The notes under the pieces: model-generated
What the model saw: only the letters and a program-made list of their open reading frames with translations
The model's database searches: none
Told to the model about the DNA's origin: nothing
Part shown: in pieces, positions 29,001 through 41,000 of the stretch
Position numbering within the stretch: position 1 is the stretch's first letter
Layout: each line of letters starts with the position of its first letter
Source of the DNA: Priapulus caudatus
Taxonomy: Eukaryota
Length of the DNA: 64,000 bases
Assembly: GCF_000485595.1 (NCBI RefSeq)
Contig: NW_014577073.1
Coordinates: 301,111 to 365,110, forward strand
Direction of reading: 5' to 3'
Program-made: the position numbers and the translations under genes

Positions 29001-32000
29001 CTCTCTACGAAATTAAAACAAGAGGTGAGGTTCACAAGTTTTATCAGGTCCATAGCAACAAATAACAGCAGACATGCAATGTTTACATTTTGCTCATATA
29101 TGTATGTTTTGAGGTTAGTTAGTTAAGCAACAGCAGCATATGTTTGCTGAGTGCAGGCTGGTTTCATAGATAATACCACAAATTTGTGGGAATTGTTTTT
29201 ATTTATATTCGAACATTAGTGAATGAAACATTGAGACAATACTACAACAAGACGATGTACAGACAATAACAGTACACAATTAAATTAAATTTTGCTCCCA
29301 GTTTTTGCAATTTTAAATGTAGAGATTCACTCTTCGGGCAGTAAGCGTATTGATTTCCGTTTTATTAACAAGTGTGCATGTGGTGAGTCAGTCTGCTGCT
29401 AGTAGGTGCGATTCAGTACAGGAAATTACTTCGTCATATTAGCGTGTAGGAAGAATTGAATTGGCGCTCCAGACGAGCCGGTTTTAAATTATACTGGGCT
29501 TGTTTGCTTATCAATATTGATTTTTATGCTGAGGATAATAAAAAGGATCCAGTGAATTGATTGGGTATGCCTAAAACGATCTTTTGTTGGTACTATATAT
29601 TTTAATGCAGTTATTAACATTATATAATAATGAATAACGTTTGTATTCCTACATTTGCCTACATAGTATTACAAACTTATCCATAATTATACATTTATGG
29701 GGGTCCATATGCAGAAGGTTTTAATGTGTAGTCTTGTGTGTTGTTTTTTTTAATAGAATTTGCGAGTTAATCCAGGAGCCGCATCAGCACGAGCTACAGA
29801 GATGAATTGGACGTTGGCGGAGAAGGTGAATTTTCTGGCACTCTATTAGCTAAAGCTATTTGTGAAATAAAGCCCATACATTAACCATTGATATGGCTCA
29901 TATTATGTGCATTATGTTTCTTTGTATTATCCTTCGTAACTGTAGAAACTTGATTAATCGACGCACTTTTAACGTACGGTAATATTATGCATTTGTATTT
30001 CATACTAATGTGGCTCGCCATATCATCTCGCTCTTAACTGTCTGGAATAATATGAATTGCGATTGTTCATTCCATTAGTGGAGAATGCGATTATATTGCT
30101 ATTAATACCTGCAGGCGAGCAAGGTAGAGAAGCTGGGAAGCAGAGCTCGCTCAGTTCAAGGATAAAACTCAATGAGATGGAATTCTTCAAAGCGAGATTC
30201 GAGGTATGCTTAAATTACGACGCGTCGCCACACCGCTAATCACTCCGCATGCTCGAACCTGATTGCACTTTTTTTTATACGTTATCCTATATCAATAGAA
30301 AGGTGGCATGTTCACATGTTCACAAAGGTCACATGTTCCCTCGCATCTGGCGCCACCCAATCGCATTGAGTGGTCTCGCCCTCATCGCGTTTCTCACGTC
30401 GTCACGTGTTCTCGCGTCGTTGTCACGTGTTCTCATGTCATCACATGTTTTCGTGTCATCACATGTTTTCGCATCATCATGTGTTCTCACGTAGTGATGT
30501 GTTCTCGCGTCATCACGTTTCGCGCATCATCATGTGTTCCCCTGTCGTCACGTGTTCTCGCGACGTCGCATGTTCTCGCGTCGCCGTGTTTCTCGCATAG
30601 TGACAACCGCTCTCCGTGTTCTATCGCGCGCAGGAAGTGAGGGAGACAACCACATTCTGCTGGAGACGAAGCACATGCTGGAGGATCAGCTGAGCGCGAG
30701 CCAAGCGCAGTCGAGACGATCATCGACCTTCGAGAAAACGACCTCATGAAGTGCAAGGCGCAGATCAGCGAAACTCGAGGAGTAGTGGCGCCGCCGAGTG
30801 ACGTGCTGCGAGCGAGCAACGTTAGTGTGTACAGGTTTGCCGAGTTGTGTGTTAGTGATGATCGAAGTCAGGATGTCACAAATGGTAATCTGCTGACCCA
30901 GTGCATTGACATCACTACTGACCTCTGTGCGCTAAAACTCCACATCCACTGGCCATAGTCACTGACCTCCACACATTGACATCACACTGACATCATCAAT
31001 GACCCTACATTAACTGACAACATGCACCTCATCAATGACCTACGTACTGACATCACCACTGACCTCATCTAATGACCCCTACGTACTGACATACCACTGA
31101 CCTCATCAATGACCCCTACGCCTACTGACATCACCACTGACCTCATCAATGACCCCTACGTACACTGACATCACCACTGACCTCATCAATGACCCTACAT
31201 ACTTGACAGTCACCACTGACCTCATCAATGACCCCTATGTACTGACATCACCACTGACCTCATCAATGACCCCTACATACTGACATCACCACTGACCTCA
31301 TCAATGACCCCTATGTACCGACATCACCACTGACCTCATCAATGACCCCTACGTACCGACATCACCACTGACCTCATCACTGACCCCCACGTACTGACCA
31401 TCACTTGTGCTAATGCTGCATGTATTATGGCTGCAGGAGCGTGAGGCGGACAAGGATCGGCTGGAGCGGCTGACCGCGCAGAACATACAGCTTCACTTCG
31501 ACAAGACAAACTCGATCAACGAGTCGGCGAACCTCGGAGCTGAGCTGGACGACGCTCGGCGCATCTCTGCAGGTACGTGAGAGGCGTAAGCATGCGGTAT
31601 CTCTGCTGGTACGTGAGAGGCGTAAGCATGCGGTATCTCTGCTGGTACGTGAGAGGTAGGAGCACGCCACATCTCTGCAGGTATCTAAGGGGCGTGCACA
31701 CGCCGCATCTCTGTAAGTAAGAGGGAGGTGCATGCACACCTCACTTCTCTGGAGGTGTGAGAGAGGTGTACATGCTACTCATTCCAGTAGGTCTGCGGAG
31801 CGTCTATGCAGCAGCTTTATCGTGGCTCCTTGCACGAAACTCTTCTTAGATCGTTGCATGCATCTTTGAACTTGACTTTGTGTGACTGCTAATAAGATGT
31901 CTAGAGCTTGTGAGTGTGTGCAGTGTAGATCTGAGAGTAGCAGATAGATTTAGCATGGTTTTACTCGATGATGTAATCTAGTAGTTGTTGTGGTTAGCTG

Positions 32001-35000
32001 CAGTATTCATTCTTAACTTGGTGTTGTATCGTTAGCGTAATGTTTGCATTTTTTCTCTCGGCTTGTTTGTTCGTAGCTGAGGTGTCAAGGAATGCTTCAT
32101 ATGAAGGTAAATCTAATATAGATGAGGCCTGGGATAGAGATGTAGTTAAGAGTATGTGTGGCTTACACATCAGAGGCAGCATGATTTAGCTATCTGTCGG
32201 AGATTTCACAGCATGCTGTAAATCTGTTTTCCGTGTGCAGCGGGTCGTGCGTCCACGCAACCGTTAACGTGCACGCGATTTATCACACGCCTTTTCCTGC
32301 ATGTTGTTTCCTGTAGCGAATGCTAGTTTCTGCGCGGAGATGGAATTCTTCCTGGACCGTGAACAATTCAGTAAGTTTCCTCCCGTTCAATTTGCTGCTC
32401 GTGGAAAGTCGCGCGTGCGACCGACCACCCACACCTCGCATGTCACAACCGTCTTTACTCGAATGCAATTCTTGTCTATTTCGTTCTTTTATAAACACTC
32501 CTTATTTGTGTCGTCAATTATTCGTCGCATTTCTCGTTCGGTGATTCTTTGGTTTCTCGTGTTTTTTTGAATGTCATTCTCTTCTAATCGTTTTATACTG
32601 TTTAGGTAGCTCGCAGCCACAACTTTAACGAGCTGAGGCCAGTTGCCAGCAACAAAATTAGTCTTAATGTTAGCCTTAAAATTTTCAATTAACAAATTCT
32701 TCTCGTAGACCATTGACAGAAACATGGCGAAGTTACGAATTTCTCACATTCAGTGTATAGCGGTGCAGTCTACAAGAAAAAGTTGATGTTAAGACTAATT
32801 TTGTTTTTGATTAATTTCGTTGACCCCGGGGTACTTGCGGAGTGTGGGTCTCATCTCACACACTCTCTCAGCAAGTTTGCAGCCGACGGCATCCACCGCT
32901 GCATGTCGTAATCGCTTTTGTTACTCCGCCAGCGAACTCCCTCTCGGAGCAGCTCGGCGAGTCGGCGAGTGGCGCCATCTTGCGGCTGCAGCTGGAAAAC
33001 AAGAGGCTGCAGCAGGCACTGAAGGACGCGCAGACAGGCGCCGCCGTCGAGACGAACGCCCGCGCGCTCGAGCTGGACAGCGAGAACAAACGGCTCAGCG
33101 AGAAGCTGGAGAAGCTGCAGGTACACAGCGGCAGTCTATGTCTCATAGTACAGTCTATCGCTCGTGACGGTGGCGCTAGTCGTCCGCGGGCAGGCGTGGG
33201 GTGCTCTGGAATTTTCCGCTACTTCTCTTGGCTTATCCAAGAATTAGCTGTCGCAATGCGAGGCAATGTAATAGTGGCAGTGTGTAAACGTTCAGGGTAA
33301 CCCTGTAGAAGTTCTTGAGAAGTGACTATAAAACTGTGTGTTGCGGTTGTTTGTAATAATGTATGTGAATAGAGGGAGTGTAGCAGATGTAGCAGATGTG
33401 CTTCCGAGAGACACTTCACTGATCATGTTATCGTCAGATCCACGGGGAATTCTTAACAGATTGCCAGTTTTGGCAGCGTCGCATTGGGGAATGCAACTGC
33501 AATCATATCAATATCAAAATCAAATCATATATGCTCCAAGTTTCGAGGGCACGTTGCTTCGGTCACATGATGAACGCAAGGGGGGGAAACAGTCTCCTAA
33601 TAAACAGCAGACAGCAACATATACTCCTCGGTAAATTATTGAAAGCGGCGCGTCGAATCTCGACGGCACGCCACGGCAAACTAAGCGGCTACCGTTCTAA
33701 AACTAAGCGGCTACCGTTCTAAAACTAAAGGCTACCTTCCTAACACTAAAGGCTACCGTTCTAAAACTAAGCGGCTACCGTTCTAAAACTAAGCGGCCGC
33801 CGTTCTAAAACTAAAGGCTACCTTCCTAAAACTAAGCGGCTACCGTTCTAAAACTAACGGCCGCCGTTCTATGAAACTAAAGGCTACCCTTCCTAAAAAC
33901 TAAAAAGGCTAGATAACGCGTTCTAAAACTAAGCGGCCTTTTCCGTCTAAAACGAAAGCTACCCGTTCTAAAACTAAGCGCCGCCGTTCATTCAACTAAA
34001 GGCTACCGTTCTAAACTTAGCAGGCCGCGTCTAAAAACAAGCGGTCTAACCGGTTCTAAAACTAAGCGGCTACCGTTCTAAAACCAAGCGGCTACCGTTC
34101 TAAAACGCAAGCGGCTCTACAGTTATATAACGATGGAGGGAGAGTTGGTGGGTCGTGGGAATCATGCCAGGCCCAGCAAGCGGCTAAGAACTACTACGTT
34201 TCTTTGATTGACTTTCTTTTTCGTGACTTATTTGCTTGACTTTCTTCTTTCCTCTTCGTTTTCGGGGCAGAAGACGGTGAGCGATGGGCACGCGGGCGCA
34301 GCTGGGCGGCTGGAGCAGGCAAGACGCAGGAGTCGGCAAGCAGCACGACGAGGCGACCGACGCTGCGCGACGCGCGCGAGAGCCATCAGCGGCAGCGCGA
34401 GGAGCCACGACGCCGAGCGCGCCGCCTGACGCACACCGTCGAGCGCCGCTGCCGCAACGCGGCGCAACAAGCAGAACGCCGACACGCCTGCTAACGCGAC
34501 TCGAGCGCGAGAACAAGAGGCTGCACGAGGGCGGCCGCGGAGTCTGTCGCGCGCTGCGTTCCCACGCCGAGTACGAGTGCGAGCTGCTGGAGCGTCGCTG
34601 CGGCGACGCGGCGACGACGCGTCGCCCGCCGGCGTCGAGTTTGAGCGCCGAGTGCGAGCGGCTGGGAAAGAGGGGCGCCGCCGTGCGGAGGGCCGCCGAG
34701 AAGTGCGAGCGGGAGCGGGCCGCAACTCGAGGTGGATCAACCGCAAGCTGGCGAAGGTGGTGGCGAAGCTGCGCGCGGGGGTGGGCCACCGACGCCCGCC
34801 TGGCAGCGCGAGCGGCGGCAGCGCGCGCAGCGGGGGCGCGGAGCGAGCAGGGTCGCGCGCGATCGCCAGCGGCGGCCGCGAGAGCGAGCGGGTCGCGCGC
34901 GACGCGGCGGCGGCCCGCGACGCGGCGGCCGCGGCAGAGGACGCACGGGACAGCGCCGTGGCTGACAGCGAGCGTCTGCGTGAGGAGCTGACGTCGCGCG

Positions 35001-38000
35001 ACGCAGAGCGCGAGCGCGCCGAGACGCGGCTCGTCGACGCCGACGCTGCCGCTGTGCGTCTCCAGAGGGCGCTGGACGCGGCGTCGCGGCGCGGCGAGGA
35101 CGCGCGCACCGAGGCCGGGGAGCTTGCCGACGAGAACAAGCAGCTGCTGAAGCTGGTCGAGTCGCTGAAGGCGCAGACGCGACGGCTGGAGGAGGTTGCG
35201 CGCGACAACCAGCAGCTGGAGGAGGAGAGCGCGCGGCTGGAGCGTGAGAGCAAGTCGCACGAGAAGGAGAGCACGCGCCTGCGAGCCACGCTCGAGCTGA
35301 AGGAGTCGACGATCGACGACTGCAACGTGCAGATCGTCGAGATGCAGCGCGAGATGAAGCGGCTCGGACGCGAGCTGGAGCGCAGCAAGGACGCGGTGAC
35401 GCGCGCACGCGAGCTCGAGAAGGAGAACGGAGACACGCTGCAGCAGCTCGCCTTCGACAAGAAGACGATGGCTGCACTGCGAGAGGTAGGTGGCGCTGGC
35501 GACCGTGAAGCGCGATGTAGGTGGCGCTGGCGGCCGCGAAGCTCGATACGATCGCAGCGCGTCTCATCTACCTGTATAAGGTTTGTTTCGTTAGTGGGGG
35601 GGGGGGGTCTACTTCCTGTTTTATTAGGTTCTTTCATTTGTGCCAGATACCAAGGTTTTATCAGTATTTGAGCAATTTTTGTGTGCTAAAAAGTTTTACT
35701 AGTATATATTGAATGCCATCGAATTAACTACCATTGGTAAAAATATTGGAAAAACTGTTGAATTACTGTTGTTGTAAAAACTGTTAGTTTATAATAATTA
35801 GGTATGTGATTGCTACGTTTAGTATGATACCTACAGCAAAAACTATAGGGATTTCAATGCATAAATATTTTGACTCTAGGTACACAACTTGGCAGTACTT
35901 GTAACTGTACTTGTCCTTACATTTGATCTGTTGGTTTTGGTGAGCGAAAGCGTGTGAGCACGTGAATCACGGCTAGCTCTCTTGCAGGACTTGGTAAATG
36001 AGAAGATAAAGGCACAGCAGGTGCACAACGAGTTGGAGCAGCTAACGACGGAGCTAGCAAAGATCGGACTCGATCGGCAGAAACTAGTCGCCTCCGAACA
36101 GACGCAGGATGAAAAGTAAGTGCAGAGCTGTGAATACACACGAACAATTTCATTTAGTGCGATATTAGCTGGTCGTTATCGTTTTAAAATTATTAGCGAG
36201 CAAAATCTGTTACTGTGGGTCTACCTCATCACCTGTTTCACTGGCACTTGTATGTATAACATTGATGTTTATTGTTATTCAGTAGATCGTTATACAGATT
36301 GTTCTACAACAGCAACAGAGCTGAGAAAAATGCAGCCAAATGCAAAAGGACGCTTTTATAACAAATTCAGCTGTAATAGTAGTAATATCGTATCGTAAAA
36401 TGTTAAAATCGTTATATCATGTCATAAACGTAAATAATAATTGCGTGTCTGTTAGCCGGTACAAGGCCTTGGAATCGATGATGGAAGGCACCATGAAAAA
36501 GAGCTTAGAGCTAAAGGAGGAGAAGGTGCGCGCATTGGAGAGTCGGCTGGAGGAGTCAATCAGCAGGAACCAGTCACTGAGAGAGGAGGTTCAGGGAATC
36601 AGGTGCAAATATGAAGCCATGCAGCAGAGAATTGAGGAGGAGAAGAAAGCTGATAACTCTAGGTAAGGCACTTGCATCTAATCAATACTGTATTGTGGTG
36701 ATGCAATATCTGTATGTGTGATTGCACATGCTACAAGCATGAACATGTGTGCCTGCTCTTGTTCCTTTCGTTGGAGACCATGGATAGATGGTTTAAGTTA
36801 ATGTTATGTTGATTTGTTTCACTAAACTTACCCTCTTCTTTTTCTACCCTTTTAAACATTTCTTTTCTCTTAACCTTTATTCCTACATGGGCCTTGAGGT
36901 AGCTTTGTATTCCTTGCACCCTGTTTCAGCAAACTAACTACCGTTATCCACTTATATAATTTTCATGTGTTTACACGGTTGTGGTATCATATCTCATGCC
37001 ACCTTTAAGCAATTCTTTGCCTATTCTTTTGAACTTTATGCACTTTTACATGTATGGTCTCTGAGGTGCTTTTATATTCCTTGTGCCATTTTTCACTCAC
37101 TGTATCATCTCCCACGCATTTTATGTGGCGTATTACTATTACCTCTCTCTCTCGATCTTTCTCTGTCACTCTGTCTGCACTAACATGCGTGTTCGTCTGC
37201 ACTCTTCTTTCAGTGGAGTTCTGTGTGGTTTCAGTATGCCGAGGAGCGAGGACAGCAACAAGACATCAGCCAGCCTAACGGGAGAGATCCTGCAGCTCAA
37301 GGATCACCTCATCCTGGTCGAGAGAACCGTGAGTTGCCATTCTGTCATCGTGTTAGATCATTTACCCCTGACATGCCTGATGTATCTATGTACTCATGTA
37401 TTTATCTATTCCATCTATCCATCCATTCATCCATCCATTTACTCATTCATCCATTCATCCATTCATTCATCCATCCATTCATCTATCCATATATATATAT
37501 ATAGATAAGTAATATAAATATTTGAACATGACTTTAAAATAATGTTTGTACGGTTATGTTGGTGTGAGTATGAGTGCATACCACAGAGGAACACGCAGCA
37601 GATCTTCTTTTTTTTTCTCTTTTCTTTTTCGTAAAAAAGTAGCAGTGATGCCATGATATAGAATATCCTTCTGTGTAGCATCTTCGCTATTGCTTTTCGC
37701 ATACATTCTGTTTACGTGCACGTTGCAGAATGCCACTTTACTGGAGGAGAAGAAGAACCTGTGCTTTAGACTGACGAGCGTGGAAGAGCAGGCGAAACTA
37801 TCCAACGATCAGACTAACAACCTGCGAGAACAGAACTCGCAGCTACAGTCTAATCTTGCTAAGCTACAGGTAGACATCTACATTGAGAAATTACCGATAG
37901 AGCTCAACTGGCTTGCTCTCTTGTCTTTTATCCATGTTTCGACGCTGAAAGATCCTCTGATATTATATACTGCTGAACGTTCAAGTGAATGAGAGCAGAC

Positions 38001-41000
38001 ACTCTCTTATTATTCCGACCTCAATTATAAACGGGAGACCTTGGTTAGCTTCCCTCTCTCTCATTTACTTATTTTAATCTATTCTATCATGCTATTCTTT
38101 ACATTTAATTTCTTTTTATTTACATTATTTCCTTATATAAATTTTGACATTTTCCTATAGTGACTATATGCAGGTTTAAGTGCACTAGCGCTAGTTGAAG
38201 ACCTACCTGCCTTCCCCCCAGAGCAGACACTCTTCTATTATTCCCACCTAAATTATAAACGGGAGACCTTGGTTAGCTTCCCTGTCTCATTTACTCATCT
38301 TCTCATCCTGTTCCCTACAATCTCAAACAAGACAGAAGGCTCGTGTTAGTTTTCCGTCTGCATTTACACATCATCCAGCCACTGCCGGTGCAGGTCGATT
38401 CCTAACATGTTCCACGCGAACTACGAGTATACTCGTTCGATCAATCAAAATGCACGTCCGCGAAACACGAGTATACTCGTGGTAACATTGTCAAGTACTC
38501 CGCCGCTAAATTTGAATTATCGCCGTGGTAATTATCAAATATTACTCAATAGATGGGACTGCCTGCACAAATATAAAATTAAGTAGGCCCAGTCTATACT
38601 TACCCTAGTCTTAGAATTTATTATTTGACCTATATTTAGCCTTCAAAATGATACCAAGATAAGCATTAGTAAGACCGCGAGTAAATCACCACATATTGAG
38701 CCACCGTAGAACAAGCGCCATGTAAAATTCCAGCAATAGATACTGTAAATTCCTTTTTTTTCGTGGGGTACCAATTTTCATGAATTTCGTGGGTCTATCA
38801 ATCCACGAACTTACGTTCCCAACGAAATATGATGTACAGATGTCACGTGCCGGTTCTACGATTTCAATCCACGAATTTAAAAATCCACGAACATGTGTTT
38901 TTTATCGAAACCACGAAAATTGGGATCCACGAAAATAAGTGACTTTACAGTACATTATTAACAAGGCAGCATTGAAGACGCGTTCACCTCCATCGACGTG
39001 CCTTCCCGCAGGTGGAGAGCACGACACTGCACTCACGCATCGCCGCGCTCGACACGCAGTGCGACTCGCTGCGGGCGCGGGCGTCGGCGCGCGACGAGGA
39101 GCAGGAGCGCACGCTGGGCGAGCGCGAGGACGCGGCGGTGGCGCGCGCGTCCCTGCTCGCCGACCACGAGACACTGCAGCGGCTGCACGAGCAGCTGAGC
39201 GGCGAGTACGAGGCTCTGCAGGGGCTGTACGCGACCAGCAAGGGCGCACACAAGCAGCTGAAGTCCGACCACCGCGAGCTGAAGCGATTCTACGATGAGC
39301 TGGTCAGGGTGAGCATCGGGCCCCTTAACCTGATTACGCTGCCGGCGTGGTTGATAAGCGGCGCCTACTGTTTTCCTAGAAGCGATTCTAGTTCGAGATC
39401 GGTCGCTGCACTTCATGTGAACGAGCACGCTATTGATACGATAACTAAAGCCTTGCTTCTCGAGGTTGATTCATAAACCAACAAACACAACAGTAACCTG
39501 CCGATTAACACGGCACACCCATGCACATGCCCGTCTTTGTGTGGTGGTGCCGGGTGTCATCTCAAAATGTTGCATGTTTCGGCCAGGCAATTTGTAAATC
39601 GTACTACACAGCTGCAGACATCTTGTGCCAATGCTAGGCATCTGCAGGCATCTTGTCATCTTGCCAAGCAGTTTTGGATGTCACACAGTCCTGCTGCATA
39701 TCACATCATATCTCATTATCTTGCTGGGCATGCTATAATAGTGATAGATATCTGCACACATCTCATATCCCTGCTAGGCATGTATACACATCTCACAATC
39801 CTGCTAGATATCTGCAGATGTCTCATACTCCTGTTAAGGACCTCATATTGGTAGGAACGTGCAAGCGTTTCGTAATCTAGTTAGGAATTTGCAGGCAGAT
39901 GTAGTAATCGTATAAACTTGAAGCTTGTTAACATCATTGCTAATGCTAATATCTAACTCACTGAGTAATAACTGTGTCTTTAAGCTATACTAATAATCTA
40001 ATAAATCGGCATTGACTATGCCTCATTTACCATGCGTAATTTTTTGGGGAACTCCTGAAAACGGTCACGTAGAACTTAGCTTGTTAATTCAAGAATGTAG
40101 CTAACCAACTTTACTTGGGGGTGGGGGAAGGGGGCAAAGCAATGTGCGATTTGTGTTCTTGGCAGTTGAATCTGGACTGTTTTCCATTGTCCAGTAATAA
40201 TGTCTATACTGGTCTGCGGTGGTAACTACCCCACTAGTTACTCTGTCTACATCCCTGTCATTATTATTCACTTGTTGCCACTTGCAATCAATACTTCTAC
40301 AAAAAATATCACTGGGCAATTCCTCCGTAATTTCTTATTTCAGTCCACCCCCATTGGTTTGTAACAGCATAGAAAATATCCCGTTGAACATTGCACGGCT
40401 AGATCGTAGGCAAGTGCTGGGCTGGGGTTAACTGACTGCTTGCTTTGCTGACTGGTGATGGGTGCGGCTGACTACTAATGGCGGTGTTGCTGCTTGTGGT
40501 GGCAGGAGAAGGATGAGGTAGACGAGATGAAGACCTCTCTGTCCAGTGAGCGGGAATCTCTCAAGTCCATGAGCAACCTGCATCTGGACTATAGCACTCT
40601 GAAGGAGACGCAAACACGGTCCCAGCATAGCTATGACAAGCTAAGGGGCGACTACCACAGCCTGCAGGTACACGGCATGCCACCTGGTGCCACTGATGGG
40701 ACTTCCTGCTGCGGATGATGTTCTCTTGTTGTAGTGTCTCGACATTAGTGGTTTGGCATGGCAGGACGCTACAGAGCACAACTTTACGAGTCATAATAAC
40801 GTCGTCTTACGAAAAAGGAAATAAAATGTAGAGATTGAAGGCTAGCATGTACATGCAAGCATTAGTGTCCTTACCCATACTGTATGTTTGCACGTGTTAT
40901 TTGTATCGTGAAACTGACAGCAGTTCTCTTGACCCACAGTCCGACTACAAAACACTGAAGTCTGAGAACAATGCACTGAAGCTGCGCTACACAGAGCTGC

